From Malacoraja senta (Eukaryota), in contig CM075991.1 in assembly GCA_038087875.1 (NCBI GenBank), forward strand, positions 1,116,001-1,180,000: a stretch of DNA of 64,000 nucleotides, written 5' to 3'. Shown here piece after piece: positions 12,266 through 23,940 of the stretch (positions are counted from its first letter, which is position 1; every line of letters starts with the position of its first letter). Below the pieces are notes generated by a model. That model was given only the letters and a program-made list of their open reading frames with translations. It was not told the origin of the DNA and searched no databases. A program made the position numbers and the translations under genes.

Positions 12266-13812
12266 TAGCCACTCCACTAAGTCTACTCGCCATTCAATTA
12301 TGGCTGATCTACCGTCCCCTCTCAACCCCATTCTCCCCATAACCCCTGACACACGTACAAACCAAGAATCTATCTATCTCTGCCTTAAAAATATCCATTG
12401 ACGGTCTCCGCAGCTTTCTGTGGCAATGAATTCCACAGATTCTCCACCCTCTGACTAAAGAAATTCTTCCTCATCTCCTTCCTAAAGGAGGCTATGATCT
12501 CCGGTCCTAGACTCTCCCACTTGTGGAAACATCCTCTCCGCATCCAATCTTTCCAGGCCTTTCACTATTCGGTAAGTTTCAATGAGGTTCCCCATCATCC
12601 TTCTAAACTCCAGCGAGTACAGGCCCAGTGTGTCGAAAGCACATCATATGTTAACTCACTTATTCCTGGGATAATTCTGGTAAACCTCCTCTGGACTCTC
12701 TCCAGCACCAGCACATCCTTCCTCATATATGGAGTCTAAAATTGCTCACAATACACCACATGCAGTCTAGCCAGCGCCTTATAAAGCCTCAGTATTACAT
12801 CCCTTTGTTTTGTATTCTAGTCCTCTCAATATAAATGCTAGCATTGCGTTTTCCTTCCTTACTACTGTTTTGACTTGCAAATTAACTTTCTGGGAATCCT
12901 GCGCCAGCACTCGCAAGTCCATTTGCACCGTTGATTTCTGAATTCTCTCCCCATTTAGAAAATAGTCTACACCTTTATTCCTACTACCAAAATGCATGAC
13001 CGCACACTTGGTGCAAAGCCCTCAATCCCCCAACCTAAATCATTGATGTACAACGTGACGAGTAGCGGCCCCAGCACCAACCCCTGCGGAATTCCGTTAG
13101 TCACTGGCATCCAATCAGAAAAAGCCCCTTTTATTGCCACTATTTGCTTTCTGCCATCCAGCCAACTTGCTATTGATGCCAGTATCATGGACTCTCATCT
13201 TCTTTAGCACCTTATCAAAGGCTTTCTGAAAATCTAGGTAAACATCCACTGAACCCCACCCCCCCCCTCCCCCCTTGTCTGTTCTGCTATTTTACTTCCT
13301 CAAAGAACACCAACAGATTTGTCAGGATTGACCTCCCCTTCACAAGACCATGCTGACTTTGCCTATTTCACCATGAACTTCTAAGTACTCAGATGCCTCA
13401 TCCTTTATAATGGACTCTAAAATCTTACCAGCCATTGAAGTCAGGATATTTTCCTGTAGCCTATAGTTTCCACTCTTCCACTTGGCTCCATTCTTGAACA
13501 GCGGAGTAATATTTGCAATTTTTCAATCGTCTGGAACCACTCCTGACTATAGTAATTCTTGAAAGATCACTACTAATCCCTCCATAATCTCTAAAGCCAA
13601 CCCTTTCAGAACCCTGGGGTGCAGTCCATCCGGTCCAGTTGACATCTACCTTCAGACCTTTTTAGTTTCCCAAGCACCTTCTACTTAGTAATAGCCACTC
13701 CACCAACTTCCACCCCCTGACTCTCTTGAATTTCAGGCTTGTTGCTGGTGTCTTCTACTTTGAAGACTGATGCAAAAACGCTATTCAATTCCTCTGCCAT
13801 TTCTTTATTCCT
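12266..13812 (-). mobile_element. CR1 LINE fragment with internal deletions
   Basis: GIPQGLVLGPLLVTLYINDL and MHFGSRNKGVDYFLNGE; 3' UTR similar to other CR1 ends here. Confidence 0.85.
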
Positions 13813-13814
13813 CA

Positions 13815-15090
13815 TTATCACTTCTCTTTGATAAGGCCCCACACAAGAGATTAGTGTGCAAAATTAGAACACATCGTATTCGGGGTAGGATATTGACATG
13901 GATAGAGAACTGGTTGGCAGACAGGAAGCAAAGAGTAAGAGTAGGAAGAATAGGATTTAACAGGTCATTTGAATAGGATTTAACAGGTCCAACAGAATAG
14001 ACTTGATGGGCCAAATGGCCTAATTCTGTCCCTATAACTTATGAACACTTAGGTTTAAGGTGAGAGAAGAAAAATATAAAGCAAATCTGATGGGCCACTT
14101 TTTCACATAGAGGGGGTGGATATATAGAATGAGCTGGCAGAACGCAGGTACCTCACAATCATATTTTATTAGCCAAGTATGTTTTGCAACATTCGAGAAA
14201 TTTCATTTGCCATAGTCATACCACTAAAAAGCAACAGAACACACAAAATACATTTTATCATAAACATCCACCACAGTGATTCCTCCACATTCCTCACTGT
14301 GATGGAAGGCGAAAAAAAGTTAAATCTCTTCCCTTCTTTGTTCTTCCGCGGTCGGGGGCCTCGAGCCTTCCGTTGATGGAGTGATCTTGGCTCCCGTAGC
14401 CTGCGGCGTTTGGGCCCTTGCGTCGGGGCAATCAAGCTCCTGCATCCGGGGGGGGGGGGGGGGGGAAGGGGAAATCTCAGATCCTCCGCGGCGGGTCGGG
14501 GCTGGTCGAAACCTTCTGCGTCGTTTGGAGCTTCCCGACATTGGTCTCTATCCAAGACTGTATGCTCCTCGATGGTGAAATCCTCAGGCCGCGGTTGGAG
14601 CATCGATCCCAGGCAAGGGATCGCAGGCTCCGATGGTAAGTCCACGTCCCCGCGGTGGGGCTCAAAGTCAGTCCCGAGCAAGGCCTCCAGTTCCATGATG
14701 TTAGGCCACAGGGTGACCGGAGATACGATCCAGAAAACAATCGCATCTCCGGCAAGGTAAGAGATTGAAAAAAAAGTTTCCCCCGACCACCTTCCCCACC
14801 TCCCACTTAAAACAAACCAGAGAACATTAACATAAACTTTTAAAACACATTAAAAATAACAAAAAAGACAAAGACAGACAGACTGTTGGCGAGGCTGCCA
14901 TTGTGCTGCACCCGCTGGTGGTACGATGACACCATTTAAAAAAACATTTGGGAAGGTTTATGGATAGGAAAATTTAAAGAGACGTGGGCCAAATGCAGCC
15001 AAATATATAAAATGTAAATGTTTAGGTAGGCATCATGACAGCACGAACGAGTTGTGCCGAAGGGCGTTTACTCGCTGCTTAACTCTATGA
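13815..15090 (+). mobile_element. CR1 fragments, split by the 14165-14920 element
   Basis: FDKAPHKRLVCKI...WIENWLADRKQRV; CR1 3' sequence at 14050-14160 resumes at about 14925. Confidence 0.65.
14165..14920 (-). mobile_element. Non-autonomous GC-rich retroposon with LINE-like 3' tail (family unassigned)
   Basis: Interrupts a CR1 3' region; minus strand ends ...GCAAAACATACTTGGCTAATAAAATA; CpG-rich core without credible ORF; shares motifs with 34187-35150. Confidence 0.55.
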
Positions 15091-16102
15091 ACCTCCAGCT
15101 TCACATATCCCTGAAAACAGAGTTCCATGCTTTGTTCTTTCTATATCCATGTAATTATCCAGCCATTTACTTCTGTTTGTGATGTTATTGTTTTAGGTTG
15201 GGAAATTATCTGCACTTTGATATAGTTCTTAATTTTGTCTTTTTTATCACCTTTCCTGACATTCCTGACCCAAAATGCTGCATGAGCTGCTGAGCTACGG
15301 CAGAAATTTGCGTTTTGCTTAACTTTATCCAGTCAGTTTATTGTGGCTTCTTTTGCTTCTTGCTCTTTTTTTCCACCCTTCCTCTTTATCGTTCATCCCT
15401 TGTTTCCCTTTCTTTTAACTCCCTGCTGTTACCTGTTACACTAATTTAAACCCATCTCAACAAAACTGCTAAATACCCCACGTGAAGATTGGTCCTGGTC
15501 CTGCCTTAATGTACAGATTCCACCTTCCCCCAAACCTGTCCCAATGCCTTAAGAATCTAAATATCACCTTCCTCCGACGTTGCTCCAATTATGCAGATGC
15601 TGGAGGTTTAATAAACATATGTAATGATGAACGTTTAACTCATTTTCTGGGAAAGAAATGGGCATGTACCTAGGAACTGAGGAATGATGGTAATGGCATT
15701 GGGATTCTTAATATACAGCGGCAGTAAATTTCTGTTTACCTCCTGTTAGATGTAAGCATTGTGTCAAATTAAAGAATATGCAGGGGTTAGGAGCAATGAT
15801 GGTGGTAGCATTTTTTTGGCATCAATAAAAAATACTTTAGCGAATTTTTCTGGAGTAAAAGCTAAATAAGAATGAGGAATGATCGAAGGCTTGATACCAG
15901 CAGGGTCAGAGGCAATAGTGCAGAAGTCATCCATAACTAGATTGATCAGAATGGAAAAGGATCAGTAGGAGAATATGAGAACATAAGAAATAGGAGCAGG
16001 TGTAGGTTGTTTGGACCTTTAGCATGCTCCACCATTTAACAAGATCGTGTCCACATTTCTACCTGAAACATACTTTGTCTACCCCATCATATCTTTTTAT
16101 TT

Positions 16103-17091
16103 GTAGGAAGGAACTACAGATGCTGGTTTAAATCGTAGGTAGACACAAAATGGTGGAGTAACTCAGCGGGACAGGCAGCATCTCTGGAGAGAAGGAATGG
16201 GTGACATTTTGGGTCGAGACCCTACTGCAGACCGATGTCAGGGGAGTGGGCGGGACAGAGATAGAATTAAGTCGGAGACAGTAAGACTGGTGGGAAAACT
16301 GGGAGGGGGGATGGGATGGAGAGAGAAGGAAAGCAAGGGCTATTTGAAGTTAGAGAAGTCAATGTTCATACCCCTGGGATGTAAGCTGCCCAAGCGAAAT
16401 ATGAGGTGCTGTTCCTCCAATTTGCGCTGGGCCTCACTCTGACAATGGAGGAGGCCCAGGACAGAAAGGTCAGATTGGGAATGGGAGGGGGAGTTAAAGT
16501 GCTGAGCAACCAGGCAATCAGGTCAGTTAAGGCAGACTGTGCGGAGGTGTTCAGCGAAACAATCGCCGAGCCTGCACTTGGTCTGACACCTGGAGCAGCG
16601 GATACAGTAGATGAGGTTGGAGGAGGTGCAAGTGAACTTCTGCCTCGCCTTAAAAGATTGTCAAAGTCCTTGGATGGAGTCGAGGGGGGAGATAAAATGA
16701 CAGGTGTTGCATCTCTTGCGGTTGCAGGGGAAAGTACCTGGAGAGGGGGTGGTTTGGGTGGGAATGGATGAGTTGACCAGATAGCTGCCGAGGGAACGGC
16801 CTCTACCGAAAGCAGAAAGAGGTGGCGATGGGACGATGTGGCCAGTATTGGAATCCCATTGGAGGTGGCGAAAATGTCGGAGAATTATATGTTATATGCG
16901 ACGGCTGATGGGGTGGAAGGTGAGAACAAGGGGGACTCTGTCCTTGTTACGAAAGGGGGGAGCTGCGGGATATCCAGGAGATCCATAGTGAGAGCCTCAT
17001 CTATAATGGACGAGGGGAACCCCTTTTCCCTAAAGAATGAGGACATCTCCGATGACCTGGTATGGAAAATCTCATCTTGGGCGCAGATGTA
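16103..17091 (-). mobile_element. 5'-truncated Penelope-like element with pLTR and 14-bp TSD
   Basis: ICAQDEIFHTRSSEMSSFFREKGFPSSII (RT thumb) and a GIY-YIG remnant; TSD ATATCTTTTTATTT at 16089-16102 and 17092-17105. Confidence 0.9.
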
Positions 17092-17186
17092 ATATCTTTT
17101 TATTTCTTTGATATCCAGAAAGCTATCAATCCGCTTTGAATGCAATCAATGACTGAGTCTGATTAGGCCTCCTACATAGAGAATTA

Positions 17187-17496
17187 CGGCCACGGTGGCG
17201 CAACGACAGAGTTGCTGCCTTACAGCGAACGAGACCCGGGATCGATCCCGACTATGGGTGCTGCCTCTACGGAGTTTTACGTTCTCCACGTGAACGCGTG
17301 GGTTTTGGCCGAGATGTTCGGTTTCCTCCCATACTCCAAAGACGTACAGGTATGCAGGTTGATTGGCATGGTGTATGTGTAAATTGTCCCTAGTGTGTGT
17401 AGGATAGTGTTAATATGTGGGGATCGCTAGTCGGTGCGGACTCAGTGGGCTAAAGGGCCTGTTTCTGCGCTGTATCTCTAAACTAAACAAAAAAAT
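17187..17496 (+). mobile_element. tRNA-derived V-SINE (HE1-like)
   Basis: A-box-like GGTGGCGCAACG, B-box-like GGATCGATCCC, central GGAGTTT..CGTTCTCC..GTG, tail TCTCTAAACTAAA. Confidence 0.85.
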
Positions 17497-17763
17497 TCCA
17501 AACATTTACTATTTTATGAATGAATAAATTTCTCCTAATTTCAGTAATAAATGGCCTACCCATTAATTGGAGTCTGTGACCGGTGGTTCTAGATTCCTCA
17601 GCCATGAGAACATCTTTCCCATGACTAGGCTATTTCTATTCCCCAGTGAGGTCACATCCATAAACTCCCGGCAGCAGTGGCCTAGTCCACTTACTTATCT
17701 CTCAATTGACAGACCCACCACCCCAGAAAACAGCCAGGCAAATTTTCACTCTACTCCCCATTT

Positions 17764-20019
17764 CTGCAACTGCAACTTTATTTATATAGCACATTTCATA
17801 CACGAGGCAGACTCAAAGTGCTTCACATAAAAACATGTCATACAATAAAATGAAATAATAAAATGAAATAAAAGAGAAGAATTAAAATAAAAGAAAAGCA
17901 AAGTTAAAAATGCATTATAGAAAAGTGCAAAAGTTAAAAGTGCAATGTAGTTAAGATTTAGCTGAAAGCTAAAGTAAACATAAAAGTTTTCAGTCTTGTT
18001 TTAAAAGTGGTGAAAGTAGGGGCAAGTCTTAAATCTTCAGGAAGTTTATTCCAGCTATTTGTTGCATAGTAACTAAATCCTGCTTTCCCATGTTTTGTAT
18101 TTACTCTGGGAATCACTAACAGATTGGTCTCAGAAGATCTAGAAGGCTTATATAGTGGAAGCATGCCAGTGATATACTTTGGCCCTAAACCATGTAGTGA
18201 TTTATAGGTGCGCAGCAGGATTTTGAAATCAATTCTCTGACATACAGGGAGCCAATGTAAGGATTTAAGAATTGGTGTAACGTGTTCACATTTTTTGGTC
18301 TTTGTTAGAACTCTATCAACAGCGTTCTGAACAAGCTGTAGCTGCCTGACAGTTTTTTTCGGAAGACCTGCAAGGAGACCGTTACAATAATCTAGCCTAC
18401 TAGTAATAAAGGCATGTACAAGTTTTTCTAAGTCTTGAGCTGACATGAGTCCTCTTAGTCTTGCTACGTTTTTGAGGTGATAGTAGGCCGATTTTGTTAC
18501 TGATTTGATGTGACTGTCGAAATGTAAATCTGAATCCATAATAACCCCGAGATTTCTGGCTTTGTTTGAAGTTTTCAGGGACAGAGAGTGAAGGTTTTGG
18601 GTTACTTTAAGCCTTTCTTTTTTAGCACCAGAAACAATTATCTCTATTTTGTCCTTATTTAGTTGGAGGACATTTTGGCACATCCAGCCTTTGACTTGCT
18701 CAATGCACTGGCACAGCAGATCTATGGGTCGATAGTCATTTGGTGATAGCGCTACATAGATTTGAGTGTCATCGGCATAGCAGTGGTGGTCAATATTATT
18801 ATTTTGCATGATTTGCCCTAGTGGGAGCATGTAGATGTTGAATAAAGAGGGCCCTAAGATCGAACCTTGGTTGGTTGGTTCTGATACAAAGTCGCCAATG
18901 GAAACAAAATAGTTCCTATCTTGTAGATATGACCTGAACCAACTTAAGACTGTGCCTGAGAGCCCCACCCATTTTTCCAACCTGTCCAAAAGTATTGAGT
19001 GATCAACAGTGTCGAATGCAGCACTGAGGTCTAATAGCATCAATATTGAAACTTTGCCAGAGTGTGTCGTAGCAGCCAGTTGAAGCCAGGAAGTGATTAA
19101 GTTGCTGGAGGACAACTTTCTCAATGATTTTACTTATGAAAGGTAGGTTTGATATTGGTCTATAGTTGTTAATAATAGAGTCATCTAGGCTCCGCTTTTT
19201 TAAAAGGGGTTTAATAACTGCAGTTTTCAAGGCTTTTGGGAAATTGCCTGATTGAAGAGAGCTGTTAACTATTTGCAGTATGTCTATTGCTAGGCAGTCA
19301 AAAACATTCTTAAAGTAGTTGGTAGGTAAAGCATCAAGGCAGCAGGTGCCTTAGTTGTGTCACCATTTCCACAAGAGTTTTAGAGTCTATGACATTAAAG
19401 CATGTCATCATTGCCACGTTACTTTTGCCTAATCAGGGTGGTGATCCAACATTTTTGTTTGAAGCAGAGATATTGATGGCACGTCTGATGCCTTCAATTT
19501 TATCAGTATAAAAGAACGCAAACTCATTGCATTTCTGCGTGGAATGGAGTTCAGGTGGTATTTGTGTTGGGGGGTTGGTCAGTCTGTCAACAGTTGCAAA
19601 TAGGGTTTTTGCCTTGTTAGTGTTGTTGTTAATGATATTGGAGAAAATGTTTCTCTTGCACTTTTTAAGTCCAAATTGTAGGCACGGAGGCTCTCTTTAT
19701 AGATGTCATGGTGAATATGAAGTTTTGTTTTCCGCCAGATGTGTTCAGCTTTCCGGCATTCTCTTTTCTGGGCTGTTACAAAAGCAGCTTTTCTCCAGGG
19801 TGCCTTTTGCTTACCAGAAATCGTTTTAACCATAATGGGTGCAATGACATCTATAACTTTCACAATTTTGGAATTAAAGTTATCTACAAGATCATCAGCA
19901 GAACATGGTGGTAACAAGGAGATGGCATTTTTAAAGAGTACATTAGAATGTTCATTTATATACCGTTTTTTGACAGTATTTGATTTTGTCTGTATCTCGG
20001 GAATAAAAGATATATTAAA
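17764..20019 (-). mobile_element. L2-clade LINE, cut by the assembly gap
   Basis: ORF 17958-19124 with LLDLSAAFDTVDH, QGSILGP, YADDTQIY, HAFITSRLDYCN, LHWLPV; upstream NYRPISNLPF; tail ATAAATAAAGTTGCAGTTGCAG. Confidence 0.93.
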
Positions 20020-20219
20020 NNNNNNNNNNNNNNNNNNNNNNNNNNNNNNNNNNNNNNNNNNNNNNNNNNNNNNNNNNNNNNNNNNNNNNNNNNNNNNNNN
20101 NNNNNNNNNNNNNNNNNNNNNNNNNNNNNNNNNNNNNNNNNNNNNNNNNNNNNNNNNNNNNNNNNNNNNNNNNNNNNNNNNNNNNNNNNNNNNNNNNNNN
20201 NNNNNNNNNNNNNNNNNNN
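20020..20219. other. Assembly gap (200 N)
   Basis: Run of exactly 200 N, consistent with a fixed-size scaffold join. Confidence 0.99.
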
Positions 20220-21392
20220 CTAGTCATCAGCACTTCCCGTGTAATCTCCATGCACCACAACACCCAAAAGATTGGTGAGGAAGAGCCTATTCTACTGCAC
20301 ATTGTGCTTTGAGACATGCATGCTGTTAAACCTCTGTAAATACTCTCAGGGTTGCCTCCTTTCAGTGGGCCAAATCAAGTGTTGTCACGTGCCACGAGTT
20401 AACCCTTAAGGTCCTGTCCCACTTTCACGACCTAATTCACGACCTCTGCCGAGTCTGTCCTTGACTCATACTCGCAGCATGGTCGTCACAAGGTCGTAGG
20501 TAGGTCGTGATGCTAGTCGTAGGTACTCGTGGCATCAAGTAGGTCGGGCGTTTTTCTAGCCTGATGAAAAATGTCCACGAGTAAAAAAGGTCGTGAATTA
20601 GGTCGTGAAAGTGGGACAGGCCCTTTAGGCCTTGGTTAGGATGTTAGTGAACTACTCTGATGTAATGAAATCCACTGCGGTACAATGAACTTCAAAACTC
20701 TCAAATTGCAAAACATGTCATACATATGCTTCAACATTTTCAATTACATTCCAAAAACAACAGCTGCCAAATATGGAGACTTGAGGAACTACAGATGAGC
20801 AATCTTGAGCAAAATACAAAGTGCTGTATAAAGTCAGTGGGTCAGGCAGCATCTGAAGACGGAATGGACAGACAAAGCTTCACTTGGGGGCTTTCTTCAC
20901 ACTCCCAAATATGTAATAGTGATGTAATTTCACAATTCTTTCCTGGTTGCACACAGCTTTTGTAGGAATAGAGAAATTGGAAAGGGCAGTTAACCTTATT
21001 GCTCCTGTTCTCTGATACCCAAGGCAGTTTTATATGTAAATCATTCAAGCTTCTAGATCACATTTTAACCTTTGAGTGACTGTGTCTTATATCATACGTC
21101 TGCCAAGAGGTGAAATGTGTACACATGACTAATGCATAACTAACATCCATGTGCACATATTTGAATGCACATGTGTGAGATTAACCAATGCACAACTTAC
21201 ATTTATAATCTGGAGGCTTGCAAGATTTTGGAAAAAAGAATTGTTGTAGACCTTTGCAATAAATTTGCTTACACTGCCTTTATATTTATGCAGAATTCAC
21301 AGTAAGAATCTGACTTAAAAGAATTGGTAACATTAAAGTTTGCAAAATAGAGTGAAAGAGGGAAGTGAGCTCACATATGTTTATGCTGACGT
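20220..21392 (+). repeat. Inverted duplication, left arm (partner 23941-25116)
   Basis: CTAGTCATCAGCACTTCCCG at 20220 matches the reverse complement ending at 25116; GGAAGTGAGCTCACATATGTTT..GCTGACGT ending at 21392 matches the reverse complement starting at 23941. Confidence 0.97.
20409..20624. mobile_element. PIF/Harbinger-type MITE
   Basis: TIR AGG(G/T)CCTGTCCCACTTTCACGACCTAATTCACGACC; TTA on both flanks (20406-20408 and 20625-20627). Confidence 0.85.
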
Positions 21393-21462
21393 TGGAAAGC
21401 TGAAATTTAAACATAAATGCCGAAAACTCAGATCTACAGACAGGGAAACGTAGCTAAAGTTT

Positions 21463-21845
21463 CATAGAACATAGAAAGCTAGAAAAATAGGTGCAGGAGT
21501 ACGCCATTCACCCTTTTGAGCCAGCACCACCATTCAATATGATCATGGCTGATCATGCAAAATCAGTACCCCATTTTTATTTCCCCCCCCATATCCCTTG
21601 ATTCCTTTAGCCCTAAGAGCTAAATCTCTCTCTTGAAATATCCAGCATATTGGCCTCCACTGCATTCTGTGGCAGAGAATTCCACAGATTCATAACTCTC
21701 CGGGTAAAAGATTTTTTCTCATCTCAGCCCTAAATGGCCTACCCTGTATTCTTAAACTGTGACCCCTGGTACAGGACTCCCCCAACACCAGGAACATTTT
21801 TCCTGCATCTAGTCTGTCCAATCCTTTAAGAATTTTATGAGAATC
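21463..21845 (-). mobile_element. CR1 3' end fragment
   Basis: Reverse complement of the CR1 3' UTR at 43650-44010 (CACCATTCAATATGATCATGGCTGATC); CATAGAA-type tail. Confidence 0.85.
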
Positions 21846-21953
21846 CTTTAAGAAATTTCAGGTTGACATCTCCAGTTTCCACAGTTGCTACCTGACTGCT
21901 GAATGCTTCCCACACTTACTGCTTATATTTTCAAGCTAATTATTTCATCCTAC

Positions 21954-22084
21954 CTTGGCTTTCTTCATCATCTTCAGACCCGCCATTTCAAAAGCAGTGG
22001 CGCTCTCTGGATCAGAAGCAGTAAATGCCCATGCAGAAGGTGCTCCCTCTTGCAAATGCTCCCTTCTTTCACTTGGTAACATAC
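21954..22084 (-). CDS. Candidate internal coding exon of an unidentified host gene
   Basis: Acceptor tttctaatgttgcag|GT and donor AAG|gtagga; 131 bp, phase 1 to 0, open frame MLPSERREHLQEGAPSAWAFTASDPESATAFEMAGLKMMKKAK; unique sequence. Confidence 0.6.
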
Positions 22085-22174
22085 CTGCAACATTAGAAAC
22101 TCTGGGTTAACACAAAACACTGGGTACACGTTACATATATAATTCAGCGCAAACCTTTGATGAAAAGTCACTGT

Positions 22175-22920
22175 CTCGAATCAGCATCAATTGTGTGGAT
22201 GTGGAAATGATTGACGCTTCAAGTTCCCTGGCGTAAATATGACCAATGATCTGTGGTGGACTAATCACATTGATGCGACAGCCAAGAAGGCACACCAACG
22301 CCACCTAGTTCCTGAGGAAATTCGGCATATCTCCAGTGACTCTTACAAATGTATACAGATGTACCAAAAAAAAGCATGCTGTTGGGTTGCATCACCCTTG
22401 GTTGCAAGACCACAGGAAATTACAGAGAGATGTAGATGAAATCTAATCTATCACACAGACCAGCCTACCCGCCATTGACTTCTACACTTCACGCTGCCTC
22501 GGAAAAGCAGCCAGCATAATCAAAGACTCGTCCCATCCTGGATATTCCTTCTTCTCCCTGCTCTTGAATGACAGAAGGTACAGAAACTTGAAAGCGCACA
22601 CCACCAGACTCGGCAACAGCTTCTTCCCCTCCATTATCAGGCATCCGAATACGCTAGGGTACTGTTTGATACAGCTCTAATGGATTTCAGACATCGGCCT
22701 TTGTCTAAGGAACTGATTCGCTGCAATGCTGAGAACCAAAGATACTAGAGCTCTATGATCTTTGCTGAGAACTATGTTCTGCAGTTTGTATCTTCCCCTT
22801 TGCTCTATCTGTGTACTTGAGTTTGAACTAATTGTTTCTATGTACGGTAGATCTGATCTGTTTGGATAACATGCAAAACAAACCTTATCACTGTGCCTCG
22901 GTAAATGTGCCAATACTAAA
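22175..22920 (+). mobile_element. Old Rex1/Babar-type 3' fragment
   Basis: TNDLWWTNHIDATAKKAHQR and AACAGCTTCTTCCCC 3' motifs; degenerate. Confidence 0.6.
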
Positions 22921-23002
22921 GCTAAAAGCTAAACTTAATGCATTGGCTCTGACTCATTCTACAAATGTGTTGCTTGACCGGCTGAATGTTTCCAGTAATT
23001 TT

Positions 23003-23940
23003 ATTATTTATTTAATTCTTTATTTCGAACAGAATAAAAGAATAAAAAGCAAGTGTGAAACAGCATACAAAAAAACAAAACAAGAATATTTATAGTGTCA
23101 TAAACAATATCTATAAATAAATGAAATCGTATGTGTCCGAAAAGGAGCAGGAAGAAGCCAAAGCTTATTAATTCCCACCCCTTATTCAACTGCTTATAAT
23201 TCTCTTATACAAATTTAGCAGCTATATGTACACCATAAGCTATATGTACACCAAATTATTTACATTTATACACTAATCAAATATTTACAAAGCCATACAA
23301 AAAAAGAGAGAAAAAAATAAAAAATAAAAGAAAAAACCCTCATATACTATACAGTATCTCTTATATATACAACCCATCACCCTATAATCACCCTTCCCAA
23401 TACAATCAGTATAACAAATATCCCACTCACAATCACCTATCCTCATCCCAATATCCTTTAAAAAAAAAGTGTTTTTGTACATCTTTTTAAACTGAATTAT
23501 GTTTGTGCTAAGTTTTATCTCCTGTTCCAGACCATTCCACAAATTCACACCACAGATTGCTATGCACATACTTTTAAGAGTTGTTCTGACATTGAGTTTT
23601 TTTTAATTATTTTCCCCTCTCAAATTATACCCACCGTCTTTCCATAAAGTTTTTGTATATTTCTTGGAAGTAAATTATTTCTTGCTTTGTACATGATTTG
23701 TGCAGTCTTAAATTTAACCAGATCGGTGAACTTCAGTGCAAAGATTATAGCTCCTCTAGTATCTTTGCTTCAGTGTATGTGTCTTTAAGAATAATAAATT
23801 GGTATGTTCAAGATATCCAACATTATTGATAATTCTTATTGCTCTTTCTTGTAATGTGCATAACAGCTGTAGGTTGGTTTTGTAGGTGTTACCCCATATC
23901 TCCACACAGTAACTCAGATATGGCAATATGAGTGTATTAT
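23003..23940 (-). mobile_element. Crack/Daphne-like (L2 group) LINE, 5'-truncated
   Basis: YNTLILPYLSYCVEIWGNTYKTNL, RAIRIINN, CGVNLWNGL; tail CTGTTCGAAATAAAGAATTAAATAAATAA; 5' end abuts the inverted arm at 23941. Confidence 0.75.

Larger units (their letters stand above)
1..16961 (+). repeat. Large direct duplication, copy A (partner 46247-64000)
   Basis: Base 1 GACAACCCGAG matches 46247 and base 16961 matches 64000; ORF translations recur at a constant offset of 47039 from about 10.1 kb onward. Confidence 0.98.

Noticed and set aside
14169..14806. Cluster of overlapping ORFs, also at 34476-34997, or a CpG-island promoter
   Set aside because: GC-rich interior of interspersed elements with LINE-like tails; the first interrupts a CR1.
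15670..15742. Possible minus-strand exon EVNRNLLPLYIKNPNAITIIPQFL
   Set aside because: Weak donor (gtacat) and end phase incompatible with the candidate terminal exon; not supportable without RNA data.
17187..17260. tRNA gene
   Set aside because: The A/B boxes belong to a SINE head; no cloverleaf.
19739..20317. ORFs containing X runs
   Set aside because: Artefacts of translating through the N gap.
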